Shown piece after piece: positions 40,269 through 49,642 of a stretch of DNA of 64,000 nucleotides (positions within the stretch are counted from its first letter, which is position 1; each line of letters opens with the position of its first letter). Source of the DNA: Candidatus Latescibacterota bacterium (GTDB taxonomy: Bacteria; Latescibacterota; UBA2968; UBA8231); contig CBDETY010000003.1 in the NCBI GenBank assembly GCA_965243025.1, positions 6,016,001 to 6,080,000 on the forward strand, given 5' to 3'. The notes beneath the pieces were generated by a model. That model did not search any database and was not told where the DNA came from. It worked only from the letters and a program-made list of their open reading frames with translations. The position numbers were made by a program, and so were the translations under genes.

Positions 40269-41279
40269 ATGAGCAAGGGTAAGGATGTCTCGCTGGTTTA
40301 TTTGTACAAGCTGTTTCCAGACAATGCCGCAGCAGAGAGATGGATCGAGGAGATCAGATGGGGGAAAAGGGCAGACGGCCTGCCCGAATTCATACGCTGT
40401 CCGCACTGCGGCGGTGGCCGCGACCGCATCCGGGAGTGTCGCAACCGCAAGCCGATGCCCTACCACTGCGGAGCCTGCCGAAAACGGTTCAGCGTGCGCA
40501 TCGGAACGGTTTTGTACCGCTCCAGGATCTCCTATCGGAATTGGGCTTTCGGCATCTGGCTGTATCTGTCCGACCCGATGGGGATCAACGCCGTGCAGCT
40601 GAGCCGCAAACTCGAAGGAGTCAACTACCGGTCGGCTCTGTTCCTGCTGCACCGCCTCCGGGAAGGCTGGCCGGATTCCGAACCGCTGCGCAGCAGGTTC
40701 CTCGAGGTGGACGAAGCCTGGGTCGGAGGGAACGACAAGAAGAGGCACGCCGACAAGAAATTCGGGCGCAACTGGAGGAAGGGAAGGGTTCAGGTGCTCG
40801 GAGGCGCAGACCGGGAAAGCGGCAGGGCGGCCGCCGAGGTGATCTTCCATGCCGATCACGGGACCGTGGCCCCCTTCGTAGAGGATCACCTGGAAGAAAA
40901 TGAAACCCTGTGCACCGACGAGGCCCCGGTCTATGCGGCCTTGACCTGGCCGGGCACGCACCTGGTCGTCAACCACCAGAAAGGCGAATACGTCCGGGAC
41001 GAGGCCCATACCAACACCATCGAGGCGTTCTGGGCCAAGCTGAAGGCGGTTATTTTCGGGACCTACCGGCACGTGTCCCCCAAGTATTTTTCCCGCTACC
41101 TGAAGGAGATCGTCGGCAGGTACAATATCCGGGGGATGGCTCTCCTGGATCAGATGGAATTTCTCGTTCGAGGGATGCTGAATAAACGGCTGAGCTATCG
41201 GGATCTGCTGGCGACGGAGGTCCCTCCGACTCCCTTCACCCATCACCGATCAGGAGAAAGGGCGAGTCTTTTCGAGTAG
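40269..41279 (+). CDS. IS1595-family transposase, right arm
   Basis: Roughly 90% identical by eye to 2449-3453; DDE motifs intact. Confidence 0.95.
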   Translation: MSKGKDVSLVYLYKLFPDNAAAERWIEEIRWGKRADGLPEFIRCPHCGGGRDRIRECRNRKPMPYHCGACRKRFSVRIGTVLYRSRISYRNWAFGIWLYLSDPMGINAVQLSRKLEGVNYRSALFLLHRLREGWPDSEPLRSRFLEVDEAWVGGNDKKRHADKKFGRNWRKGRVQVLGGADRESGRAAAEVIFHADHGTVAPFVEDHLEENETLCTDEAPVYAALTWPGTHLVVNHQKGEYVRDEAHTNTIEAFWAKLKAVIFGTYRHVSPKYFSRYLKEIVGRYNIRGMALLDQMEFLVRGMLNKRLSYRDLLATEVPPTPFTHHRSGERASLFE

Positions 41280-41861
41280 TCGGCAAGGCGACATCTCGAT
41301 GCTGCCTGCCGTCTGGCGCAAAATGGTCAGTCTGTGCCTGTGGAATCCGCCGCATCGTCTCGTCGAGCTGGAGTCGCCGAACAGAAATGACCCCTGCTCA
41401 CCCCGGTGACGACGGATTTGCAGGCTCAGGGGAATCCGCGCATCCCCACCTCGATCCGAGTGGGCTTCCGATCCACGGTGCCGACTTCAGGGGGGAGGTA
41501 CCTGGGAGTCCGGATAGATCGGCGGATGCAGACTGCCTGGCTATTGGGAACGCAATAATATGCTGCTGCTCGTTGCCTCCGGTCAGTATCCTCCGTAGGA
41601 GAATACCCCGTCTTCCGCATCGGTCGAACTGAGTCTGGGGGTGGAAGGCGATCATTTCGAATGGTCAGCAAGGCGACATCCCTGCCGGCTGCCTCCCCTG
41701 TTGCGCCTGAAGCTCAGGCTGCACCCGAGGAATCCTCAGTCATCCTGCTTGCCATCTTGTCGACCAAACGGAATGATCTCCTCCTCACCTCGACGACGAC
41801 GGCTTTGCAGACCCCGGGGGAATTCGCGCATCCCCCTTCCTCGATCCGGGTGGGCTTCCGA

Positions 41862-42067
41862 TCCAGGGTGCCAATCTGGCAGGTTTTTCCGGTCAGCACA
41901 CAATCATGTGGAATGGCCAGCCAGCCGACATCTCCATCTCCCGGCTAAACAGTGGGACGGGGGATGTCCGTTTCTCTGCATTTTCTCTATTATATTATAC
42001 CAGATTTTCTTTAATTTCGCGGATGAGATTACTAAAATTGCCTTGTGTAATTAAATGCATATATCCC
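41862..42067 (-). repeat. Right terminal inverted repeat plus subterminal segment (TGgTATAAT at 42002-41994 on minus)
   Basis: Reverse complement of 1644-1850. Confidence 0.92.
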
Positions 42068-42075
42068 ACCAGAAC
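42068..42075 (+). repeat. Right 8-bp TSD ACCAGAAC
   Basis: Identical to 1636-1643. Confidence 0.95.
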
Positions 42076-42569
42076 AGGGGGGGCAGCCACATCTCCCAGG
42101 GGATGGACTCCCCCTCGGGCATCCCCTCGAAGAACCAGCGGATTCCCGGCTCGTCCCGGGGAACCATCCAGTCGGCGACGTAGGGATGAACCCGCTCGCC
42201 CCAGTCGTTTTCCGGGGAGGCGAGGTAACGGACCCCGGCGGTCGACGACAGCAGCATCAGGCAGAACCCGTTGCGCTCGCCGCCGGAGAAAGCCGTGGCG
42301 ACCACCATCATTATGTAGATGGTCAGCAGCTCTCCCCGGTCCAGGGCCAGCCTGCGGCGGATCGCTCCCAGCACCACCTGGACGACGCCGACCCACAGGA
42401 AGAACAGGAAGAAGGCGGCCGGAGCGTTCAACGAGCTCATCTGGCTGCCCATGACGACCAGGGCGCCCCAGGGCACGCCCACCCCGATCGCCAGGCTGAG
42501 TCCTGCGCCGATCGCCAGGGAGCGCGTCGTCACGCCCGATGCCGGCTGTTGCGATTCTTCCCGGGGCAA
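42068..42569 (-). pseudogene. 5' part of the interrupted membrane-protein gene
   Basis: GVTTRSLAIGAGL..ELLTIYIMM..YLASPENDW..FFEG..IPWEMWLPPLFW; TTG start at 42569 is uncertain. Confidence 0.85.
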
Positions 42570-42901
42570 TGGACCGGTTGCCTGGTTTGGAGTAGGGGCA
42601 AGGGGAGAATTTCCTTGAGGGGGGAGTTGCGTTAGGGGAAATTCCCTGCCCGCCGGTGGTGCCGAGTGAGTCGGCCGAAAGTTCCGGTTCACAAAACGTC
42701 CTTGCAACCGCTTCCGGCCCCACTCGAAACCGTTGGCTCTGACTTGAATGATCCCGGTGCTGAGACGGGATGATCGGCGCGGGAAACTGCAGGGGATTCC
42801 TGGGACGCGACCATAGTATCGAGCAGACAGCGATCGCCGTGCCGCACGCCCCCCGCAACGATAACCTCTCCCGGCTCCGGGCCGGGCACGGATAAACTGA
42901 A

Positions 42902-44263
42902 ATGGCCGACATGGAACTGTTGAGCGACGAGGGTATGCGGGAGTTCATCCGCAACGGCTTCATCACCTTCGAGGCCGACATGCCCCCAGGTTTTCACGAA
43001 ACCGTCTTCGAGCGCACTGAGAAGGGGATGGAAACCGCGGGGAATCCGGGAAACAACATCCTCGCGGTGGTGCCGGAGCTGCAGCAGGTCCTGGACCATC
43101 CCCGGGTCGCCGGCACCCTCGCCAGCATACTGGGGGCCGACTACGATCTCAACGCCCACCGCTACTGCCACCGCCGCCCCCTCGACGCCGAAGCCCAGTC
43201 CCACCTGCACAAGGACGGCAGGAGCCAGCGCCATCACCGCGCCCGCTGGTGCATGGCCTTCTACTATCCGCAGGACACCAACCTGGAGCTGGGCCCGACC
43301 ACGGTGGTTCCCGGGTCGCAGTACTACAACCGCGAGCCGGACTCCGAGGTAGGCCAAGAGATTCCCCTCTGCGGCGCGGCCGGCACCGTGACGATCCTGC
43401 ATTACGACCTGTGGCATCGGAGGTCGGAGAAGACCGGCCGCGGGCAGCGCTTCATGTTCAAGTTCCTCTTCACCCGCATGGGGGAGCCCGCCTCTCCGGC
43501 CTGGGATTCGCAGGACCTCCGCTGGCAGGAAACCGGCGATCGCCGCGACCCGATGTGGAAAACGATGTGGGAGTGGAGCGCCGGCAGCCATGGCAACGGC
43601 TCGGGCGGGCTGGAGGGCGATCCCGGGGAGCTGGCGGCTCGGCTCGCGGACGGGAACGAGACCACCTGCTTTCAGGCCGCCTACTCGCTGGGCGCCATGG
43701 GCGTGCCTGCAGTGCCCGAACTGATCGCGTGCCTGTCGTCAGAAGACGAGGACTTGCGGCGCAACGCCGGGTACGGGCTGGCCGCGGTCGGCCGGGAGGC
43801 GGTCCCTGCGCTCGAGGAAGCGGCGGGGGCTGAGCGCCCCGAGACCCGGGCGGCGGCCGTCGACGCCCTGGGGGACATGGGCATGCCGGCGGCGCCGGCG
43901 GTCCCGACACTGCAGGCGGCACTGAAAGACGGGGAGGAGGAGGTCAGCACCCGGGCCGCCTACGCCCTCGGAAATGTCGGCGAAGCCGCGGCCGCGGCGA
44001 TTCCCTCGCTCGTCGACGCCCTCGACGATCCCCGGGACTGGGTGGTCCGCCACTCGTTGCTGGCGCTGGCGAAGCTGGGTCCGCGCGCCGCCGAGGTCGT
44101 GCCGGAGATTACCCGCTGCCTGCACCACGACAACCGCTACGTGCGGGGGAAGGCGGCGCTCGTGCTGAGACGCGCAGGCACGAAGGAAGCGACCGATGCC
44201 CTTATCGACCACCTCGCCACGGCGAGGTGGTGTCCGCTTACGACGAAGGACAGCCAGTATTGA
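42902..44263 (+). CDS. PhyH-family Fe(II)/2OG dioxygenase fused to HEAT repeats
   Basis: HLHKDG, YYPQD..GPT.VVPGS, LWHR; C-terminal PBS-lyase/HEAT repeats (AAYSLG..AVP.L). Confidence 0.85.
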   Translation: MADMELLSDEGMREFIRNGFITFEADMPPGFHETVFERTEKGMETAGNPGNNILAVVPELQQVLDHPRVAGTLASILGADYDLNAHRYCHRRPLDAEAQSHLHKDGRSQRHHRARWCMAFYYPQDTNLELGPTTVVPGSQYYNREPDSEVGQEIPLCGAAGTVTILHYDLWHRRSEKTGRGQRFMFKFLFTRMGEPASPAWDSQDLRWQETGDRRDPMWKTMWEWSAGSHGNGSGGLEGDPGELAARLADGNETTCFQAAYSLGAMGVPAVPELIACLSSEDEDLRRNAGYGLAAVGREAVPALEEAAGAERPETRAAAVDALGDMGMPAAPAVPTLQAALKDGEEEVSTRAAYALGNVGEAAAAAIPSLVDALDDPRDWVVRHSLLALAKLGPRAAEVVPEITRCLHHDNRYVRGKAALVLRRAGTKEATDALIDHLATARWCPLTTKDSQY

Positions 44264-44296
44264 CAGCCCGATTCACAAATGGAGGCAGGTGCGGCA

Positions 44297-45061
44297 ATGG
44301 ATGACAACCTCGACCCGAAACGACGCCTGGACATCCCGGGGAGCTACAACATCCGGGACCTGGGGGGCTACGAGACGCGGGACGGAAGGCAGACCCGCTG
44401 GGGCCGGCTGCTGCGCGCCGACTCCCTGCACCGGCTCGACGCGGACTCGCGGCAGGCCCTTCTCGACTACGGCCTGCGCACGGTCATCGACCTTCGCAAG
44501 AGCCTGGAGCTGCAGAACCTGGGCCATCCCTTCATGAGGTCGGACCGGGTGACCTGGTACCATCAGAACATGGTCGGGGACGACCCCTGGCGGGAAGGGG
44601 AGAGCATTACCCGTCCGGAAGGTATAGCCGAGGTCAAGCGCAGGTCGTACTCCCTCATCCTCGACAGGCGCGGTCAGCAGGTGCGCGAGACCCTGGCGCT
44701 CCTCGCCCTGCCCGACTCGCTGCCCGCCCTCTTCCACTGCTCGGCCGGAACCGACAGGACGGGAATGATCGCGGCGCTGGTCCTGGGAATAGCCGGAGTG
44801 CCTCGCGAAGTCATCGCCCGGGACTACGGCCTGAGCGGCCGCTTCCTGCTGGCCCGCTACCTGGACGACAACCCGGAAATTTCCGCCGGGGAGATCACCT
44901 GGCAGGAGTACCAGGCCCGGACCTGCCCTCCCGAAGTAATGCTGGGCGTGCTGGAGGATCTCGACGAGCGCCACGGCGGCGTCGAGGGGTACGCCCGCGC
45001 CATCGGCCTCGACGACTCCCAGATCGAAGCCCTGCGGGAAGCCGTGGTCGAACAGGATTGA
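44297..45061 (+). CDS. Tyrosine-protein phosphatase (PtpB/Y_phosphatase3-like)
   Basis: NIRDLGGY, VIDLR, P-loop HCSAGTDRTG (CX5R). Confidence 0.9.
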   Translation: MDDNLDPKRRLDIPGSYNIRDLGGYETRDGRQTRWGRLLRADSLHRLDADSRQALLDYGLRTVIDLRKSLELQNLGHPFMRSDRVTWYHQNMVGDDPWREGESITRPEGIAEVKRRSYSLILDRRGQQVRETLALLALPDSLPALFHCSAGTDRTGMIAALVLGIAGVPREVIARDYGLSGRFLLARYLDDNPEISAGEITWQEYQARTCPPEVMLGVLEDLDERHGGVEGYARAIGLDDSQIEALREAVVEQD

Positions 45062-45124
45062 AAACCTAAGCTCTCTTTACGCCGCTGACTGCGCCTTTCC
45101 CCCTGTCCGACAGGGTCGATTCAC

Positions 45125-46042
45125 ATGATAGAAATGGACGAACGCGAGAAGTTCCTCCTGGATCTGCAGGGGTTTCTGCATGTGGAGGGCTTTCTGACCG
45201 CAGCAGAACTGCGGGCTCTCAACGAGGCCGTGGAGGCCAACGTCGACGAGGAGGCGGAGGGTTTCTTTCCGAGGGGAACCCAGTACGGCGGCGGCATGGA
45301 CGGGCAGTTCGGCAAAGGCACGGTAGAGGGAATGCTGACATGGGAGCAGCCATGGTGCCAGCCCTTCCGCGACCTTGTCGCCCATCCGAAGCTCATCCCC
45401 TATCTCAACACCCTCTTCGGCCGCGGTTGGCGGATGGACCACCTGCCCTTCATCAGCTTCGCCAGGAAAGGGACCGGCGGCCACGGGCTGCACGGGGCGA
45501 CCAGCCGGATTTTCGACGGAGGCCAGTTCTACCACTACGCCAACGGCGAGATCCGCACCGGACTGGCGGTTGTTCAGTTCCAGCTGGCGGACATCAATCC
45601 CGGGGACGGCGGGCTGGCGGTGATTCCGGGCAGTCACAAGGCGAATTTCAAGTGCCCGGAAGATATCATGCTCTACAACACCGACAGGGAGGTGGTGCGC
45701 AGCGTCGGCGGCAAGGCAGGGGACCTGGTGATTTTCCTCGAAGCCACCATCCACGGGGCCCTGCCCTGGACCGCGGAGCACAACCGGCGCTCCCTCTTCT
45801 ACCGCTACGGCTCGAAATACCTCAACTACCACCAGGACTACGTCGAGACCGCACTGCCCGGGTGGGTGAGTGAACTGACGGATGCACAACGCACCGCATT
45901 CGAGCCGGCCTATGCGCACAGCCGTTCCCTGGTCGAGGACGACGGCGCGACCCTGACCAAGCCCGGTTCGGAGCCGAAACCCCACCGGGCCCCGCACAAG
46001 GACGAGATGGCGCGACCCGACGCCCACAGCAAACCCGGATAG
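45125..46042 (+). CDS. PhyH-family dioxygenase-like protein
   Basis: DLQGFL, LHG, DGGLAVIPGSHK, KAGDLVIF.EA.IHG.LPW, RRSLFYRY. Confidence 0.85.
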   Translation: MIEMDEREKFLLDLQGFLHVEGFLTAAELRALNEAVEANVDEEAEGFFPRGTQYGGGMDGQFGKGTVEGMLTWEQPWCQPFRDLVAHPKLIPYLNTLFGRGWRMDHLPFISFARKGTGGHGLHGATSRIFDGGQFYHYANGEIRTGLAVVQFQLADINPGDGGLAVIPGSHKANFKCPEDIMLYNTDREVVRSVGGKAGDLVIFLEATIHGALPWTAEHNRRSLFYRYGSKYLNYHQDYVETALPGWVSELTDAQRTAFEPAYAHSRSLVEDDGATLTKPGSEPKPHRAPHKDEMARPDAHSKPG

Positions 46043-46047
46043 TCTCG

Positions 46048-47181
46048 TTGCGAATCGTCGAAAGAGGATACATCCACGACGGCCGCAGCGCCGCACCCCA
46101 CCAGCGGTCCTGCGCCCGCACCGCCGTTCTCGAGATGCGGGACGGCACCCTCGTCGCCAGCTGCCGTCTGGGCAGCGCGCGGCAGTCGGTCGACGGCCAC
46201 GAGGCCGTCTTCGCCAGCGCCGATGCCGGCAGGACCTGGGAGCTGCGTCACCACGGGTACGGGCAGGGCGCCTGGGAAGACGGGACCCCCGGCGAGGTGT
46301 TCTCCTTCACCGTCGCCGAGACGTCGCCGGGCCTGCTGACCGCTACCGGAATCTGGATGGACCGCTCGAACCCGGAGCTGCCGATGGTGAACCCGGCGAC
46401 CCAGGGGTTCCTGCCGATGCGCATGTTCCACACCACCTCGGCCGACGGGGGTTTCACCTGGGGTCCGCGGCGGCGCATGGACACGCGGCCGCACAAGGCC
46501 GCATCCTCGGCGACCCAGGGGGTCTGGCCGCTCCCCGGCGGCCTGCTCGCCCAGCCCTACGAGTGGTGGAAGGAGTACGACGACCCGTCGTCCGGGCGGC
46601 CCGGCTGCTGCTTCCGGGTATCCCGCGACGGAGGCCTGACCTGGCCGGAGTACCTCCCCGTCGCCCGGCACCCGGAGAACCTGCTCTACTACTGGGATAT
46701 CCGGCTGGCGGCGCATCCCGAAAGCGGCCGGTGGGTGGCCATGTTCTGGACGCACGAGCCGGCCGCCGGGGCCGACCTCGACGTCCACGTCTCCTGGGGG
46801 GCGCCGGACGCGCGCTCGTGGACGATTCCGGCCGGCACCGGTCTCCCCGGCCAGCACTGCGACCCGGTGCCTCTGGGCGGGGACCGCCTGATGGCGGTGT
46901 ACTCCCACCGGGCCGACCCTCCCGGCATCGCCGCTTCGGTCAGCGGCGACTTCGGACGCACCTGGGACCGCAGCCGGGACCTGATGGTCTACGACAGCAG
47001 CGCCGGGACCGAGCCCGGGGCCAGGGGGCCGCGCAGTCAGAAGGAGAAGTTCTCCGACATGGAGGCCTGGCGCTTCGGCCATCCGCGCGGGGAGTTGCTG
47101 AGGGACGGCTCGGTCTTCGTCGTGTTCTACGCCGGCGGCGACGATGCCAAGAGCGCCTGCTGGGCGAAGGTGGAACCGTGA
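46048..47181 (+). CDS. BNR/Asp-box sialidase-family beta-propeller protein
   Basis: Asp boxes SADAGRTW, SADGGFTW, SRDGGLTW, SGDFGRTW; TTG start. Confidence 0.85.
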   Translation: MRIVERGYIHDGRSAAPHQRSCARTAVLEMRDGTLVASCRLGSARQSVDGHEAVFASADAGRTWELRHHGYGQGAWEDGTPGEVFSFTVAETSPGLLTATGIWMDRSNPELPMVNPATQGFLPMRMFHTTSADGGFTWGPRRRMDTRPHKAASSATQGVWPLPGGLLAQPYEWWKEYDDPSSGRPGCCFRVSRDGGLTWPEYLPVARHPENLLYYWDIRLAAHPESGRWVAMFWTHEPAAGADLDVHVSWGAPDARSWTIPAGTGLPGQHCDPVPLGGDRLMAVYSHRADPPGIAASVSGDFGRTWDRSRDLMVYDSSAGTEPGARGPRSQKEKFSDMEAWRFGHPRGELLRDGSVFVVFYAGGDDAKSACWAKVEP

Positions 47182-47368
47182 GGTTTCCCGCGGAAATCGA
47201 CAGGCACATACACGGAGTCGGATGTCCGGCGCTCCGCCGCCTGTAGACAAATCGTGCATTTCCCCACGGAACCGGGATACAGCGGCGGCGGAATTCACGC
47301 GAAATTGCGCGCGCAGACACTTGGGTGAACCGGCGCAGTTCCACGAAACGAAAATCTGGAGATCAAGG

Positions 47369-48958
47369 ATGACCGAGCAGAGGAAGAAGATCCTGGAACG
47401 GGGCAGCTACTTTCCCGGCGACTGGGTGCGCCCGCGGTTCAACCCCGGCACCTGGATGGCGATGGTGGACGTGCAGGAGATCTTCGCCGGCCACAGGAGC
47501 ATCACCCGCGACGGGCGCTACGAGATGTACGACGGTGCGGTCGGCGTGCAGCTGCGGGTGGAGGAAGCGGACAAGTCGGAACCGTTCATCAGGCGGGAGA
47601 AGGAATGGGAGCAGGAGGGCCACCTGGGCCCCTCCAATTTCTGGCACGAGGACGGCCGCATGCACATGATCTACAACGTCGGAGGAAACAGCTGCTACGC
47701 GGTCAGCGACGACGGCTACAGCTGGGAACGGCCGGTCCTGAACCAGAAGGAGTTCAACGGGTCCACCGGGAACAACATCCTCGGGATCCCGGTGCCCGGC
47801 CACATTCTCGAAGACCCCGGCGCGCCGCCGGCCGAGCGCTTCAAGTCGATCAGCGCCGCCGGGTTCTGGCTCGACCGCGAAACCGGCGAGAAAGTCGACG
47901 GGGACGAGGCGGACCGCTGCTGGCGCGCCGAGCATTACGAGGGGGAGTCGTACAGCGGGCGCAAGGTGGTTCTCAAGGGGGCGATGGAGGGGCACGTCTC
48001 CCCGGACCGCTTCAACTGGACGAAGATCGAAGAGCCTCTCGGCAACTACTCCGTCAACGGCGGCCTTGCCCTTTACTACGACGACCACAACCAGACCTAC
48101 TTCTCCTACATACAGCCGCAGGGCTGCGCCCCGGTCGAGCCGCAGAGCCTGGGAACGGGCATGCCCGAGACCGAGGTGGTGCGCCGCGCCGTCGGCCTGA
48201 CGCGGACGAAGGACTTCCGCCATTGGCCCGCGGCCAAGCTGCTGGTCCATCCCGACGCCCAGGACCCCCTCGACATCTCCTTCTACGGGGCCTGCTACTT
48301 CCCGTACCCCGGGCGGCAGGAGCTTCACGGCATGTTCCTTCCGGTGTTCCACGGGGTGACCGACCACGTCGACATGCAGCTCGCCTTCAGCCGCGACGGC
48401 CTGGTCTGGACCCGGCCCGAGCGCCGGCCGATAGCTCCCCTCGGTCCGCCGGGAAGCGGCGACGAGGGCCAGATCCACGTCTGGCGCCAGGGTCTGGTGG
48501 AGCTTCCCGACGGCAGCTGGGCCGTGCCCTACGAGGGCCGCTCCACCCTGCACACGGTGCAGGAGGAGCACCAGGCCGCGGTCTTCGGGCAGAAGGAGTC
48601 GATCCGGAACCGCTGGGCGCGCTGGCAGCCCCATCGTCTGTGCGGCGTGGAGGCCCAATCGGAGGGGCGCTTCACCATCCCCACCGTGTTCCGGCTGGAG
48701 AAGGAGCTGCGCCTGAACTACCGCTGCGCGCCGGGAGGCTGGATCAGCGTCGAGCTGCTGCCCCGTGTTCCCACCATGCTGTGCCCGGATGCCAACCCGC
48801 TGAAAGGCTACTCCTTCGAGGAGTGCGACCGTCTCACCGGGGACGAGCAGGACCGGGTCGTCACCTGGAGGGGAAACGGCGACATCTCCGCGGTCGGCGA
48901 GATGGCGGCCATCCGCGTCAGGATGTTTCAGGCGAAGCTGTTCGCGTACCGGCTGTAG
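47369..48958 (+). CDS. Beta-propeller glycoside-hydrolase-like protein (GH32/43-clan-like)
   Basis: YAVSDDGYSWERP.L, EDPGAPPAERFK, LAFSRDG..WTR, C-terminal VTWRG..LFAYRL; paralogue of 57236-58786. Confidence 0.7.
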   Translation: MTEQRKKILERGSYFPGDWVRPRFNPGTWMAMVDVQEIFAGHRSITRDGRYEMYDGAVGVQLRVEEADKSEPFIRREKEWEQEGHLGPSNFWHEDGRMHMIYNVGGNSCYAVSDDGYSWERPVLNQKEFNGSTGNNILGIPVPGHILEDPGAPPAERFKSISAAGFWLDRETGEKVDGDEADRCWRAEHYEGESYSGRKVVLKGAMEGHVSPDRFNWTKIEEPLGNYSVNGGLALYYDDHNQTYFSYIQPQGCAPVEPQSLGTGMPETEVVRRAVGLTRTKDFRHWPAAKLLVHPDAQDPLDISFYGACYFPYPGRQELHGMFLPVFHGVTDHVDMQLAFSRDGLVWTRPERRPIAPLGPPGSGDEGQIHVWRQGLVELPDGSWAVPYEGRSTLHTVQEEHQAAVFGQKESIRNRWARWQPHRLCGVEAQSEGRFTIPTVFRLEKELRLNYRCAPGGWISVELLPRVPTMLCPDANPLKGYSFEECDRLTGDEQDRVVTWRGNGDISAVGEMAAIRVRMFQAKLFAYRL

Positions 48959-48997
48959 GTCCCGGTGGTGCAGGCAGAGAAACCGGAATGTTGGGAA

Positions 48998-49085
48998 CTA
49001 CACGGAGGAGGCCGGGGTCATGCCGTTCATGTTACGTGCCTGATGCGGGCGTCTATCGTTGTACTGGACCAGAAATTTCATATTC
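48998..49085 (-). pseudogene. IS481-like transposase C-terminal remnant
   Basis: FLVQYNDRRPHQARNMNGMTP matches the YN..RPH..M.G.TP end of the integrase core. Confidence 0.5.
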
Positions 49086-49298
49086 GAACGTGGCGAGGCC
49101 ACTATACCAAGGTGGCACTCGCCCAATGTTGAATCGATGCGCCAACATGGTAACATTTTCCAACCCACCGGGTTCAGTCTCTCCGTAAGTGTTTCTTGGA
49201 TTGCCTCATCTCGAGTCATCAACTCGGTGGCAATGATCCAAGCGATCCTGAGCTTGTTCTCGGGTGACAACACAGCGAAGACGGATTGAATTCGAGGT

Positions 49299-49390
49299 CT
49301 ACCCGGCCATTTCCCGGGTGGTCAGGCCCTCGCTGATGAGCCGAACCACCTCGCGCTCCCGCTCGCTCAGCTCCGGATGTCCGGCAAAGG
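49299..49390 (-). pseudogene. LuxR-HTH fragment duplicated from the response regulator
   Basis: 49328-49387 is identical to 51575-51634 (AGHPELSEREREVVRLISE). Confidence 0.8.
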
Positions 49391-49642
49391 GCCTGCCGTG
49401 ATCGTCAGGGGTGATGGCAGGGGTACGGTCTGGAGTTGCTCTCCGGTAGCCGATATGAAATAGAACAGGTGTTATCATGGGTGTGCTGGAAGTAGCAAAT
49501 CTAATCCGCCGTCGGGGGACCATACCGGGGAGACCGCTCCGAAATCGGATAACCGGCGAGTCTCGCCGTCTCCTGCGCAGTATACGCTCCCGTCCAGATC
49601 GTGCGCATTGGCTTGAACAAAGCAGGAGCAGAAGGATGAGAA

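Larger units (their letters stand above)
1644..42067. mobile_element. 40.4-kb IS1595-family transposon with long inverted arms
   Basis: Ends gggatatatgtatttaattacacaag (1644) and cttgtgtaattaaatgcatatatccc (42067); 8-bp TSD, typical of IS1595; homologous transposases in inverted orientation; clean gene interruption. Confidence 0.93.
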
